A stretch of 64,000 nt of DNA from Eledone cirrhosa (lineage: Eukaryota), in the NCBI GenBank assembly GCA_964016885.1, contig OZ024744.1:115878001-115942000 (forward strand), written 5' to 3'. Shown in pieces: positions 41,501 to 58,411 of this stretch. Within the stretch, counting starts at the first letter, position 1. Each line of letters starts with the position of its first letter. The notes under the pieces are model-generated. The model did no database searches. It was not told where the DNA came from and saw nothing but the letters and a program-made list of their open reading frames with translations. The position numbers and the translations under genes are program-made.

Positions 41501-44500
41501 TCTCATATCTTGTCTCTCTCTATATATATAATGTCTCTCATATCTTGTCTCTCTCTCTATATATATATAATGTCTCTCATATCTCGTCTCTCTCTCTATA
41601 TATATATATAATGTCTCTCATATCTTGTCTCTCTCTCTCTATATATATATAATGTCTCTCATAGCCTGTCTCTCTCTCTCTATATATACAATGTCTCTCA
41701 TATCTTGTCTCTCTCTCTATATATATACTGTCTCTCATATATTGTCTCTCTCTCTATATATATAATGTCTCTCATAACTTGTCTCACTGTCTCTCTCTAT
41801 ATATATATAATGTCTCTCATATCTTGTCTCTCTCTCTATATATATAATGTCTCTCATAACTTGTCTCTCTCCTTATATATATAATGTCTCTCATATCTTG
41901 TCTCTCTCTCTATATATATAATGTCTCTCATATCTTGTCTCTCTCTCTATATATATAATGTCTATCATATCTTGTCTCTCTCTCTCTATATATATAATGT
42001 CCCTCATATCTTGTCTCTCTCTCTCTATATATATAATGTCTCTCATATCTTGTCTCTCTCTCTATATATATAATGTCTCTCGTATCTTGGCTCTCTCTCT
42101 ATATATATAATGTCTCTCATATCTTGTCTCTCTCTATATATATAATGTCTCTCATATCTTGTCTCTCTCTCTATATATGTAATGTCTCTCATATCTTGTC
42201 TCTTTCTCTCTATATATATAATGTCTCTCATATCTAGTCTCTCTGTCTCTCTCTATATATAATGTCTCTCATATCTTGTCTCTCTCTCTCTATATATATA
42301 TAAAGTCTCTCATATCTTGTCTCTCTCTCTCTATATATATATAATGTCTCTCATATCTTGTCCCTCTCTCTCTATAAATAATGTTTCTCATATCTTGTCT
42401 CTCTCTCTATATATATATAATGTCTCTCATATCTTGTCTCTCTCTCTATATATATAATGTCTCTCATATCTTATCTCTCTCTCTCTATATATATAAAATG
42501 CCTCTCATATCTTGTCTCTCCCTCTCTATATATATATAATGTCTCTCATATCTTGTCTCTCTGTCTATATATATAATGTCTCTCATATCTTGTCTCTCTC
42601 TCTCTATATATATATAATGTCTCTCATATCTTGTCTCTCTCTCTCTATATATATAATGTCTCTCATATCTTGTCTCACTCTCTATATATATATAATGTCT
42701 CTCATATCTTGTCTCTCTCTCTCTATATATATATAATGTCTCTCATATCTTGTCTCTCTCTCTCTATATATATAAAATGTCTCTCATATCTTGTCTCTCT
42801 CTCTATATATATATTATGTCTCTCATATCTTGTCTCTCTCTATATATATAATGTCTCTCATATCTTGTCTCTCTCTCTCTCTATATATAATGTCTCTCAT
42901 ATCTTGTCTCTCTCTCTATATATACAATTTCTCTCATATCTTGTCTCTCTCTCTATATATATATAATGTCTCTCATATCTTGTCTCTCTCTATATATATA
43001 ATGTCTCTCATATCTTGTCGCTCTCTCTCTATATATATAATGTCTCTCATATCTTGTCTCTCTCTATATATATAATGTCTCTCATATCATGTCACTCTCT
43101 CTCTATATATATAATGTCTCTCATATCTTGTCTCTCTCTCTCTATATATATATAATGTCTCTCATATCTTCTCTCTCTCTCTATATATACAATGTCTCTC
43201 ATATCTTGTCTCTTTCTATCTATATATATAATGTCTCTCATATCTTGTCTCTCTCTCTATATATATATAATGTCTCTCATATCTTGTGTCTCTCTCTCTC
43301 TATATATATATAATGTCTCTCATATCTTGTCTCTCGCTCTCTATATATATAATGTCTCTCATATCTTGTCTCTCTCTCTCTATATATATAATGTCTCTCA
43401 TATCTTGTCTCTCTCTCTATATATATATAATGTCTCTCATATCTTGTCTCTCTCTATATATATATATAATGTCTCTCATATCTTGTCTCTCTCTCTATAT
43501 ATATAATGTCTCTCATATCTTGTCTCTCTCTCTATATATATACTGTCTCTCATATCTTGTCTCTCTCTCTATATATATATAATGTCTCTCATATCTTGTC
43601 TCTCTGTCTCTCTCTATATATAATGTCTCTCATATCTTGTCTCTCTCTCTATATATATATATAAAGTCTCTCATATCTTGTCTCTCTCTCTATATACAAT
43701 GTCTCTCATATCTTGTCCCTCTCTCTCTCTATATATATAATGTCTCTCATATCTTCTCTCTCTCTCTATATATACAATGTCTCTCATATCTTGTCTCTTT
43801 CTATCTATATATATAATGTCTCTCATATCTTGTCTCTCTCTCTATATATATATAATGTCTCTCATATCTTGTGTCTCTCTCTCTATATATATATATAAAG
43901 TCTCTCATATCTTGTCTCTCTCTCTCTATATATATATAATGTCTCTCATATCTTGTCCCTCTCTCTCTATAAATAATGTTTCTCATATCTTGTCTCTCTC
44001 TCTCTATATATATAATTTCTCTCATATCTTATCTCTCTCTCTATATATATAATGTCTCTCATATCTTGTCTCTCTCTCTCTCTATATATATAATGTCTCT
44101 CATATCTTGTCTCTCTCTCTATATGTATATAATGTCTCTCATATCTTGTCCCTCTCTCTCTATATATATAATGTCTCTCAAATCTTGTCTCTCTCCCTCT
44201 CTCTCTATATAATGTCTCTCATATATTGTCTCTCTCTCTCTCTATATATATAATGTCTCTCATATCTTGTCTCTCTCTCTATATATATAATGTCTCTCAT
44301 ATCATGTCACTCTCTCTCTATATATATAATGTCTCTCATATCTTGTCTCTCTCTCTCTCTATATATATAATGTCTCTCATATCTTGTCTCTCTCTCTCTC
44401 TATATATAATGTCTCTCATATCTTGTCTCTTTCTATCTATATATATAATGTCTCTCATATCTTGTCTCTCTCTCTATATATATATAATGTCTCTCATATC

Positions 44501-47500
44501 TTGTGTCTCTCTCTCTCTATATATATATAATGTCTCTCATATCTTGTCTCTCTCTCTATATATATAATGTCTCTCATATCTTGTCTCTCTCTCTCTATAT
44601 ATATAATGTCTCTCATATCTTGTCTCTCTCTCTATATATATATCATGTCTCTCATATCTTGTCTCTCTCTATATATATATATAATGTCTCTCATATCTTG
44701 TCTCTCTCTCTATATATATAATGTCTCTCATATCTTGTCTCTCTCTCTATATATATACTGTCTCTCATATCTTGTCTCTCTCTCTATATATATATAATGT
44801 CTCTCATATCTTGTCTCTCTGTCTCTCTCTATATATAATGTCTCTCATATCTTGTCTCTCTCTCTCTATATATATATAAAGTCTCTCATATCTTGTCTCT
44901 CTCTCTATATACAATGTCTCTCATATCTTGTCCCTCTCTCTCTCTATATATATAATGTCTCTCATATCTTATCTCTCTCTCTCTCTATATATAAAATCCC
45001 TCTCATATCTTGTCTCTCTCTCTCTCTATATATATAATGTCTCTCATATCTTGTCTCTCTGTCTATATATATAATGTCTCTCATATCTTGTCTCTCTCTC
45101 TCTATATATATATAATGTCTCTCATATCTTGTCTCTCTCTCTATATATATATAATGTCTCTCATATCTTGTCTCACTCTCTCTATATATATAATGTCTCT
45201 CATATCTTGTCTCTCTCTCTCTATATATATATAATGTCTCTCATATCTTGTCTCTCTCTCTATATATATATATAATGTCTCTCATATCTTGTCTCTCTCT
45301 CTATATATATATTATGTCTCTCATATCTTGTCTCTCTCTCTATATATATAATGTCTCTCATATCTTGTCTCTCTCTCTATATATATAATGTCTCTCATAT
45401 CTTGTCTCTCTCTCTATATATATAATGTCTCTCATATCTTGTCCCTCTCTCTCTATAAATAATGTCTCTCATATCTTGTCTCTCTGTCTCTCTCTATATA
45501 TAATGTCTCTCATATCTTGTCTCTCTCTCTCTATATATATATAAAGTCTCTCATATCTTGTCTCTCTCTCTATATACAATGTCTCTCATATCTTGTCTCT
45601 CTCTCTATCTATATATATAATGTCTCTCATATCTTGTCTCTCTCTCTATATATATATAATGTCTCTCATATCTTGTCCCTCTCTCTCTATAAATAATGTT
45701 TCTCATATCTTGTCCCTCTCACTCTATATATATATAATGTCTCTCATATCTTGTCTCTCTCTCTATATATATATATAATGTCTCTCATATCTTGTCTCTC
45801 TCTCTATATATACAATGTCTCTCATATCTTGTCTCTTTCTCTATATATATATAATGTCTCTCATATCTTGTCTCTCTCTCTATATATATATAATGTCTCT
45901 CATATCTTGTCTCTCTCTCTATATATATAATGTCTCTCATATCTTATCTCTCTCTCTCTATATATATAAAGTCTCTCATATCTTGTCTCTCTCTCTATAT
46001 ATAATGTCTCTCATATCTTGTGTCTCTCTCTCTCTCTATATATATAATGTCTCTCATATCTTGTCTCTCTCTCTATATATATAATGTCTCTCATATCTTG
46101 TCTCTCTCTCTCTCTATATATAATGTCTCTCATATCTTGTCTCTCTCTCTATATATATATAATGTCTCTCATATCTTGTATCTCTCTCTATATATATAAT
46201 GTCTCTCATATCTTGTCTCTCTCTATATATATTTAATGTCTCTCATATCTTGTCTCTCTCTATATATATAATGTCTCTCATATCTTGTCTCTCTCTCTAT
46301 ATATATAATGTCTCTCATATCTTGTCTCTCTCTCTATATATATATAATGTCTCTCATATCTTGTCTCTCTGTCTCTCTCTATATATAATGTCTCTCATAT
46401 CTTGTCTCTCTCTCTATATATATATAAAGTCTCTCATATCTTGTCTCTCTCTCTCTATATACAATGTCTCTCATATCTTGTCTCTCTCTCTATATATATA
46501 ATGTCTCTCACATCTTATCTCTCTCTCTATATATATATATAATGTCTCTCATATCTTGTCTCTGTCTCTCTATATATATATAATGTCTCTCATATCTTGT
46601 CTCTCTCTCTCTCTATATATATGTAATGTCTCTCATATCTTGTCTCTCTCTCTATATATATAATGTCTCTCATATCTTGTCTCTCTCTCTATATGTATAT
46701 AATGTCTCTCATATCTTGTCTCTCTCTCTCTATATATATAATGTCTCTCATATCTTGTCTCTCTCTCTATATATATATAATGTCTCTCATATCTTGTCTC
46801 TCTCTCTCTCTATATATAATGTCTCTCATATCTTATCTCTCTCTCTATATATATAATGTCTCTCATATCTTGTCTCTCTCTCTCTCTATATATATAATGT
46901 CTCTCATATCTTGTCTCTCTCTCTATATGTATATAATGTCTCTCATATCTTGTCCCTCTCTCTCTATAGATATAATGTCTCTCATATCTTGTCTCTCTCC
47001 CTCTCTCTCTATATAATGTCTCTCATATCTTGTCTCTCTCTCTATATATATATATAATGTCTCTCATATCTTGTCTCTCTCTCTATATATATAATGTCTC
47101 TCATATCTTGTCTCTCACTCTATATACATATAATGTCTCTCATATCTTGTCTCTCTCTCTATATATATAATGTCTCTCATATCTTGTCTCTCTCTCTCTC
47201 TATATATATATAATGTCTCTCATATCTTGTCTCTCTCTCTCTATATATATAATGTCTCTCATATCTTGTCCCTCTCTCTCTATAAATAATGTTTCTCATA
47301 TCTTGTCTCTCTCTCTCTATATATATATAATGTCTCTCATATCTTGTCTCTCTCTCTATATATATAATGTCTCTCATATCTTGTCTCTCTCTTATATATA
47401 TATATAATGTCTCTCATATCTTGTCTTTCTCTCTATATATATAATGTCTCTCATATCTTATCTCTGTCTCTCTATATATATAAAATGCCTCTCATATCTT

Positions 47501-50500
47501 GTCTCTCTCTCTCTATATATATATAATGTCTCTCATATCTTGTCTCTCTGTATATATATATAATGTCTCTCATATCTTGTCTCTCTCTCTATATATATAT
47601 GTAATGTCTCTCATATCTTGTCTCTCGCTCTATATATACAATGTCTCTCATATCTTGTCTCTCTCTCTATATATATATAATGTCTCTCATATCTTGTCTC
47701 TCTCTATATATAATGTCTCTCATATCTTGTCGCTCTCTCTCTATATATATAATGTCTCTCATATCTTGTCTCTCTCTTTCTATATATAATGTCTCTCATA
47801 TCTTGTCTCTCTCTCTATATATATGTAATGTCTCTCATATCTTGTCTCTCTCTATATATATATAATGTCTCTCATATCTTGTCACTCACTCTCTCTATAT
47901 ATAATGTCCCTCATATCTTGTCTCTCTCTCTCTATATATATATAATGTCTCTCATATCTTGTCTCTCTCTCTATATACAATGTCTCTCATATCTTGTCTC
48001 TCTCTCTATATATATATAATGTCTCTCATATCTTGTCTCTCTCTCTCTATATATATAATGTCTCTCATATCTTGTCTCTCTCTCTATATATATAATGTCT
48101 CTCATATCTTATCTCTCTCTCTATATATATATAAAGTCTCTCATATCTTGTTGTCTCTCTCTATATATAATGTCTCTCATATCTTGTCTCTCTCTCTCTA
48201 TATATATATATAATGTCTCTCATATCTTGTCTCTCTCTCTATATATATAATGTCTCTCATATCTTGTCTCTCTCTATATATATATAATGTCTCTCATATC
48301 TTGTCGCTCTCTATATATATAATGTCTCTCATATCTTGTCTCTCTCTCTATATATATATAATGTCTCTCATATCTCGTCTCTCTCTCTCTATATATATAT
48401 AATGTCTCTCATATCTTGTCTCTCTCTCTCTCTATATATATAATGTCTCTCATAGCCTGTCTCTCTCTCTCTATATATATAATGTCTCTCATATCTTGTC
48501 TCTCTCTCTCTATATATAATGTCTCTCATAACTTGTCTCTCTGTCTCTCTCTATATATAATGTCTCTCATAACTTGTCTCTCTCCTTATATATATAATGT
48601 CTCTCATATCTTGTCTCTCTCTCTATATATATAATGTCTCTAATATCTTGTCTCTCTCTATATATATATAATGTCTCTCATATCTTGTCTCTCTCTATAT
48701 ATATAATGTCTCTCATATCTTGTCTCTCTCTCTATATATATATAATGTCTCTCATATCTCGTCTCTCTCTCTATATATATATATAATGTCTCTCATATCT
48801 TGTCTCTCTCTCTCTATATATATATAATGTCTCTCATAGCCTGTCTCTCTCTCTCTATATATATAATGTCTCTCATATATTGTCTCTCTCTCTATATATA
48901 TAATGTCTCTCATAACTTGTCTCACTGTCTCTCTCTATATATAATGTCTCTCATAACTTGTCTCTCTCCTTATATATATAATGTCTCTCATATCTTGTCT
49001 CTCTCTCTATATATATAATGTCTCTCATATCTTGTCTCTCTCTCTATATATATAATGTCTATCATATCTTGTCTCTCTCTCTCTATATATATAATGTCCC
49101 TCATATCTTGTCTCTCTCTCTCTCTATATATAATGTCTCTCATATCTTGTCTCTCTCTCTATATATATAATGTCTCTCGTATCTTGGCTCTCTCTATATA
49201 TATAATGTCTCTCATATCTTGTCTCTCTCTCTATATATATAATGTCTCTCATATCTTGTCTCTCTCTCTCTATATATATATATAATGTCTCTCATATCTT
49301 GTCTCTCTCTCTATATATATATAATGTCTCTCATATCTTGTCCCTCTCTCTCTATAAATAATGTTTCTCATATCTTGTCCCTCTCTCTATATATATATAT
49401 ATAATGTCTCTCATATCTTGTCTCTCTCTCTATATATATAATGTCCCTCATATCTTGTCTCTCTCTCTCTCTATATATAATGTCTCTCATATCTTGTCTC
49501 TCTCTCTATATATATAATGTCTCTCGTATCTTGGCTCTCTCTCTATATATATAATGTCTCTCATATCTTGTCTCTCTCTATATATATAATGTCTCTCATA
49601 TCTTGTCTCTCTCTCTATATATATAATGTCTCTCATATCTTGTCTCTCTCTCTCTATATATATAATGTCTCTCATATCTTGTCTCTCTGTCTCTCTCTAT
49701 ATATAATGACTCTCATATCTTGTCTCCCTCTCTATATATATATATAAAGTCTCTCATATCTTGTCTCTCTCTCTCTATATATATATAATGTCTCTCATAT
49801 CTTGTCCCTCTCTCTCTATAAATAATGTTTCTCATATCTTTTCTCTCTCTCTCTATATATATAATTTCTCTCATATCTTATCTCTCTCTCTATATATATA
49901 ATGTCTCTCATATCTTGTCTCTCTCTCTCTATATATATATAATGTCTCTCATATCTTGTCTCTCTCTCTATATGTATATAATGTCTCTCATATCTTGTCC
50001 CTCTCTCTCTATATATATAATGTCTCTCAAATCTTGTCTCTCTCCCTCTCTCTCTATATAATGTCTCTCATATATTGTCTCTCTCTCTCTATATATATAT
50101 AATGTCTCTCATATCTTGTCTCTCTCTCTATATATATAATGTCTCTCATATCTTGTCTCTCTCTCTATATACATATAATGTCTCTCATATCTTGTCTCTC
50201 TCTCTATATATATAATGTCTCTCATATCTTGTCTCTCTCTCTCTATATATATATATAATGTCTCTCATATCTTGTCTCTCTCTCTATATATATATAATGT
50301 CTCTCATATCTTGTCCCTCTCTCTCTATAAATAATGTTTCTCATATCTTGTCCCTCTCTCTATATATATATATATAATGTCTCTCATATCTTGTCTCTCT
50401 CTCTATATATATAATGTCTCTCATATCTTGTCTCTCTCTCTATATATATATATAATGTCTCTCATATCTTGTCTTTCTCTCTATATATATAAAGTCTCTC

Positions 50501-53500
50501 ATATCTTATCTCTCTCACACTATATATATAAAATGCCTCTCATATCTTGTCTCTCTCTCTCTATATATATATAATGTCTCTCATATCTTGTCTCTCTGTC
50601 TATATATATAATGTCTCTCATATCTTGTCTCTCTCTCTCTATATATATATAATGTCTCTCATATCTTGTCTCTCTCTCTCTATATATACAATGTCTCTCA
50701 TATCTTGTCTCTCTCTCTATATATATAATGTCTCTCATATCTTGTCTCTCTCTATATATATATAATGTCTCTCATATCTTGTCTCTCTCTCTCTATATAT
50801 ATAATGTCTCTCATATCTTGTCTCTCTCCGTCTCTCTATATAATGTCTCTCATATCTTGTCACTCTCTCTCTCTATATATAATGTCTCTCATATCTTGTC
50901 TCTCTCTCTCTCTATATATATAATGTCTCTCATATCTTGTCTCTCTCTCTATATATACAATGTCTCTCATATCTTGTCTCTCTCTCTATATATATATAAT
51001 GTCTCTCATATCTTGTCTCTCTCTCTATATATATATAATGTCTCTCATATCTTGTCTCTCTCTCTATATATATAAAGTCTCTCATATCTTATCTCTCTCT
51101 CTATATATATATAAAGTCTCTCATATCTTGTCTCTCTCTCTATATATAATGTCTCTCATATCTTGTCTCTCTCTCTCTCTATATATATATAATGTCTCTC
51201 ATATCTTGTCTCTCTCTCTATATATATAATGTCTCTCATATCTTGTCTCTCTCTATATATATATAATGTCTCTCATATCTTGTCTCTCTCTATATATATA
51301 ATGTCTCTCATATCTTGTCTCTCTCTCTATATATATATAATGTCTCTCATATCTCGTCTCTCTCTCTATATATATATATAATGTCTCTCATATCTTGTCT
51401 CTCTCTCTCTATATATATATAATGTCTCTCATAGCCTGTCTCTCTCTCTCTATATATACAATGTCTCTCATATCTTGTCTCTCTCTCTATATATATACTG
51501 TCTCTCATATATTGTCTCTCTCTCTATATATATAATGTCTCTCTTAACTTGTCTCACTGTCTCTCTCTATATATATATAATGTCTCTCATATCTTGTCTC
51601 TCTCTCTATATATATAATGTCTCTCATAACTTGTCTCTCTCCTTATATATATAATGTCTCTCATATCTTGTCTCTCTCTCTATATATATAATGTCTCTCA
51701 TATCTTGTCTCTCTCTCTATATATATAATGTCTATCATATCTTGTCTCTCTCTCTCTATATATATAATGTCCCTCATATCTTGTCTCTCTCTCTCTATAT
51801 ATATAATGTCTCTCATATCTTGTCTCTCTCTCTATATATATAATGTCTCTCGTATCTTGGCTCTCTCTCTATATATATAATGTCTCTCATATCTTGTCTC
51901 TCTCTATATATATAATGTCTCTCATATCTTGTCTCTCTCTCTATATATGTAATGTCTCTCATATCTTGTCTCTTTCTCTCTATATATATAATGTCTCTCA
52001 TATCTAGTCTCTCTGTCTCTCTCTATATATAATGTCTCTCATATCTTGTCTCTCTCTCTCTATATATATATAAAGTCTCTCATATCTTGTCTCTCTCTCT
52101 CTATATATATATAATGTCTCTCATATCTTGTCCCTCTCTCTCTATAAATAATGTTTCTCATATCTTGTCTCTCTCTCTATATATATATAATGTCTCTCAT
52201 ATCTTGTCTCTCTCTCTATATATATAATGTCTCTCATATCTTATCTCTCTCTCTCTATATATATAAAATGCCTCTCATATCTTGTCTCTCCCTCTCTATA
52301 TATATATAATGTCTCTCATATCTTGTCTCTCTGTCTATATATATAATGTCTCTCATATCTTGTCTCTCTCTCTCTATATATATATAATGTCTCTCATATC
52401 TTGTCTCTCTCTCTCTATATATATAATGTCTCTCATATCTTGTCTCACTCTCTATATATATATAATGTCTCTCATATCTTGTCTCTCTCTCTCTATATAT
52501 ATATAATGTCTCTCATATCTTGTCTCTCTCTCTCTATATATATAAAATGTCTCTCATATCTTGTCTCTCTCTCTATATATATATTATGTCTCTCATATCT
52601 TGTCTCTCTCTATATATATAATGTCTCTCATATCTTGTCTCTCTCTCTCTCTATATATAATGTCTCTCATATCTTGTCTCTCTCTCTATATATACAATTT
52701 CTCTCATATCTTGTCTCTCTCTCTATATATATATAATGTCTCTCATATCTTGTCTCTCTCTATATATATAATGTCTCTCATATCTTGTCGCTCTCTCTCT
52801 ATATATATAATGTCTCTCATATCTTGTCTCTCTCTATATATATAATGTCTCTCATATCATGTCACTCTCTCTCTATATATATAATGTCTCTCATATCTTG
52901 TCTCTCTCTCTCTATATATATATAATGTCTCTCATATCTTCTCTCTCTCTCTATATATACAATGTCTCTCATATCTTGTCTCTTTCTATCTATATATATA
53001 ATGTCTCTCATATCTTGTCTCTCTCTCTATATATATATAATGTCTCTCATATCTTGTGTCTCTCTCTCTCTATATATATATAATGTCTCTCATATCTTGT
53101 CTCTCGCTCTCTATATATATAATGTCTCTCATATCTTGTCTCTCTCTCTCTATATATATAATGTCTCTCATATCTTGTCTCTCTCTCTATATATATATAA
53201 TGTCTCTCATATCTTGTCTCTCTCTATATATATATATAATGTCTCTCATATCTTGTCTCTCTCTCTATATATATAATGTCTCTCATATCTTGTCTCTCTC
53301 TCTATATATATACTGTCTCTCATATCTTGTCTCTCTCTCTATATATATATAATGTCTCTCATATCTTGTCTCTCTGTCTCTCTCTATATATAATGTCTCT
53401 CATATCTTGTCTCTCTCTCTATATATATATATAAAGTCTCTCATATCTTGTCTCTCTCTCTATATACAATGTCTCTCATATCTTGTCCCTCTCTCTCTCT

Positions 53501-56500
53501 ATATATATAATGTCTCTCATATCTTCTCTCTCTCTCTATATATACAATGTCTCTCATATCTTGTCTCTTTCTATCTATATATATAATGTCTCTCATATCT
53601 TGTCTCTCTCTCTATATATATATAATGTCTCTCATATCTTGTGTCTCTCTCTCTATATATATATATAAAGTCTCTCATATCTTGTCTCTCTCTCTCTATA
53701 TATATATAATGTCTCTCATATCTTGTCCCTCTCTCTCTATAAATAATGTTTCTCATATCTTGTCTCTCTCTCTCTATATATATAATTTCTCTCATATCTT
53801 ATCTCTCTCTCTATATATATAATGTCTCTCATATCTTGTCTCTCTCTCTCTCTATATATATAATGTCTCTCATATCTTGTCTCTCTCTCTATATGTATAT
53901 AATGTCTCTCATATCTTGTCCCTCTCTCTCTATATATATAATGTCTCTCAAATCTTGTCTCTCTCCCTCTCTCTCTATATAATGTCTCTCATATATTGTC
54001 TCTCTCTCTCTATATATATATAATGTCTCTCATATCTTGTCTCTCTCTCTATATATATAATGTCTCTCATATCATGTCACTCTCTCTCTATATATATAAT
54101 GTCTCTCATATCTTGTCTCTCTCTCTCTCTATATATATAATGTCTCTCATATCTTGTCTCTCTCTCTCTCTATATATAATGTCTCTCATATCTTGTCTCT
54201 TTCTATCTATATATATAATGTCTCTCATATCTTGTCTCTCTCTCTATATATATATAATGTCTCTCATATCTTGTGTCTCTCTCTCTCTATATATATATAA
54301 TGTCTCTCATATCTTGTCTCTCTCTCTATATATATAATGTCTCTCATATCTTGTCTCTCTCTCTCTATATATATAATGTCTCTCATATCTTGTCTCTCTC
54401 TCTATATATATATCATGTCTCTCATATCTTGTCTCTCTCTATATATATATATAATGTCTCTCATATCTTGTCTCTCTCTCTATATATATAATGTCTCTCA
54501 TATCTTGTCTCTCTCTCTATATATATACTGTCTCTCATATCTTGTCTCTCTCTCTATATATATATAATGTCTCTCATATCTTGTCTCTCTGTCTCTCTCT
54601 ATATATAATGTCTCTCATATCTTGTCTCTCTCTCTCTATATATATATAAAGTCTCTCATATCTTGTCTCTCTCTCTATATACAATGTCTCTCATATCTTG
54701 TCCCTCTCTCTCTCTATATATATAATGTCTCTCATATCTTATCTCTCTCTCTCTCTATATATAAAATCCCTCTCATATCTTGTCTCTCTCTCTCTCTATA
54801 TATATAATGTCTCTCATATCTTGTCTCTCTGTCTATATATATAATGTCTCTCATATCTTGTCTCTCTCTCTCTATATATATATAATGTCTCTCATATCTT
54901 GTCTCTCTCTCTATATATATATAATGTCTCTCATATCTTGTCTCACTCTCTCTATATATATAATGTCTCTCATATCTTGTCTCTCTCTCTCTATATATAT
55001 ATAATGTCTCTCATATCTTGTCTCTCTCTCTATATATATATATAATGTCTCTCATATCTTGTCTCTCTCTCTATATATATATTATGTCTCTCATATCTTG
55101 TCTCTCTCTCTATATATATAATGTCTCTCATATCTTGTCTCTCTCTCTATATATATAATGTCTCTCATATCTTGTCTCTCTCTCTATATATATAATGTCT
55201 CTCATATCTTGTCCCTCTCTCTCTATAAATAATGTCTCTCATATCTTGTCTCTCTGTCTCTCTCTATATATAATGTCTCTCATATCTTGTCTCTCTCTCT
55301 CTATATATATATAAAGTCTCTCATATCTTGTCTCTCTCTCTATATACAATGTCTCTCATATCTTGTCTCTCTCTCTATCTATATATATAATGTCTCTCAT
55401 ATCTTGTCTCTCTCTCTATATATATATAATGTCTCTCATATCTTGTCCCTCTCTCTCTATAAATAATGTTTCTCATATCTTGTCCCTCTCACTCTATATA
55501 TATATAATGTCTCTCATATCTTGTCTCTCTCTCTATATATATATATAATGTCTCTCATATCTTGTCTCTCTCTCTATATATACAATGTCTCTCATATCTT
55601 GTCTCTTTCTCTATATATATATAATGTCTCTCATATCTTGTCTCTCTCTCTATATATATATAATGTCTCTCATATCTTGTCTCTCTCTCTATATATATAA
55701 TGTCTCTCATATCTTATCTCTCTCTCTCTATATATATAAAGTCTCTCATATCTTGTCTCTCTCTCTATATATAATGTCTCTCATATCTTGTGTCTCTCTC
55801 TCTCTCTATATATATAATGTCTCTCATATCTTGTCTCTCTCTCTATATATATAATGTCTCTCATATCTTGTCTCTCTCTCTCTCTATATATAATGTCTCT
55901 CATATCTTGTCTCTCTCTCTATATATATATAATGTCTCTCATATCTTGTATCTCTCTCTATATATATAATGTCTCTCATATCTTGTCTCTCTCTATATAT
56001 ATTTAATGTCTCTCATATCTTGTCTCTCTCTATATATATAATGTCTCTCATATCTTGTCTCTCTCTCTATATATATAATGTCTCTCATATCTTGTCTCTC
56101 TCTCTATATATATATAATGTCTCTCATATCTTGTCTCTCTGTCTCTCTCTATATATAATGTCTCTCATATCTTGTCTCTCTCTCTATATATATATAAAGT
56201 CTCTCATATCTTGTCTCTCTCTCTCTATATACAATGTCTCTCATATCTTGTCTCTCTCTCTATATATATAATGTCTCTCACATCTTATCTCTCTCTCTAT
56301 ATATATATATAATGTCTCTCATATCTTGTCTCTGTCTCTCTATATATATATAATGTCTCTCATATCTTGTCTCTCTCTCTCTCTATATATATGTAATGTC
56401 TCTCATATCTTGTCTCTCTCTCTATATATATAATGTCTCTCATATCTTGTCTCTCTCTCTATATGTATATAATGTCTCTCATATCTTGTCTCTCTCTCTC

Positions 56501-58411
56501 TATATATATAATGTCTCTCATATCTTGTCTCTCTCTCTATATATATATAATGTCTCTCATATCTTGTCTCTCTCTCTCTCTATATATAATGTCTCTCATA
56601 TCTTATCTCTCTCTCTATATATATAATGTCTCTCATATCTTGTCTCTCTCTCTCTCTATATATATAATGTCTCTCATATCTTGTCTCTCTCTCTATATGT
56701 ATATAATGTCTCTCATATCTTGTCCCTCTCTCTCTATAGATATAATGTCTCTCATATCTTGTCTCTCTCCCTCTCTCTCTATATAATGTCTCTCATATCT
56801 TGTCTCTCTCTCTATATATATATATAATGTCTCTCATATCTTGTCTCTCTCTCTATATATATAATGTCTCTCATATCTTGTCTCTCACTCTATATACATA
56901 TAATGTCTCTCATATCTTGTCTCTCTCTCTATATATATAATGTCTCTCATATCTTGTCTCTCTCTCTCTCTATATATATATAATGTCTCTCATATCTTGT
57001 CTCTCTCTCTCTATATATATAATGTCTCTCATATCTTGTCCCTCTCTCTCTATAAATAATGTTTCTCATATCTTGTCTCTCTCTCTCTATATATATATAA
57101 TGTCTCTCATATCTTGTCTCTCTCTCTATATATATAATGTCTCTCATATCTTGTCTCTCTCTTATATATATATATAATGTCTCTCATATCTTGTCTTTCT
57201 CTCTATATATATAATGTCTCTCATATCTTATCTCTGTCTCTCTATATATATAAAATGCCTCTCATATCTTGTCTCTCTCTCTCTATATATATATAATGTC
57301 TCTCATATCTTGTCTCTCTGTATATATATATAATGTCTCTCATATCTTGTCTCTCTCTCTATATATATATGTAATGTCTCTCATATCTTGTCTCTCGCTC
57401 TATATATACAATGTCTCTCATATCTTGTCTCTCTCTCTATATATATATAATGTCTCTCATATCTTGTCTCTCTCTATATATAATGTCTCTCATATCTTGT
57501 CGCTCTCTCTCTATATATATAATGTCTCTCATATCTTGTCTCTCTCTTTCTATATATAATGTCTCTCATATCTTGTCTCTCTCTCTATATATATGTAATG
57601 TCTCTCATATCTTGTCTCTCTCTATATATATATAATGTCTCTCATATCTTGTCACTCACTCTCTCTATATATAATGTCCCTCATATCTTGTCTCTCTCTC
57701 TCTATATATATATAATGTCTCTCATATCTTGTCTCTCTCTCTATATACAATGTCTCTCATATCTTGTCTCTCTCTCTATATATATATAATGTCTCTCATA
57801 TCTTGTCTCTCTCTCTCTATATATATAATGTCTCTCATATCTTGTCTCTCTCTCTATATATATAATGTCTCTCATATCTTATCTCTCTCTCTATATATAT
57901 ATAAAGTCTCTCATATCTTGTTGTCTCTCTCTATATATAATGTCTCTCATATCTTGTCTCTCTCTCTCTATATATATATATAATGTCTCTCATATCTTGT
58001 CTCTCTCTCTATATATATAATGTCTCTCATATCTTGTCTCTCTCTATATATATATAATGTCTCTCATATCTTGTCGCTCTCTATATATATAATGTCTCTC
58101 ATATCTTGTCTCTCTCTCTATATATATATAATGTCTCTCATATCTCGTCTCTCTCTCTCTATATATATATAATGTCTCTCATATCTTGTCTCTCTCTCTC
58201 TCTATATATATAATGTCTCTCATAGCCTGTCTCTCTCTCTCTATATATATAATGTCTCTCATATCTTGTCTCTCTCTCTATATATATAATGTCTCTCATA
58301 ACTTGTCTCTCTGTCTCTCTCTATATATAATGTCTCTCATAACTTGTCTCTCTCCTTATATATATAATGTCTCTCATATCTTGTCTCTCTCTCTATATAT
58401 ATAATGTCTCT
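38818..58411 (+). repeat. Near-perfect tandem duplication, 9770-bp period
   Basis: Constant +9770 offset from CTCTAATATC (38870/48640) to 48416/58186. Few differences seen: 41774 A vs 51544 T, and TC/TA boundary shifts at ~44242/54012 and ~48510/58280. Confidence 0.93.
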
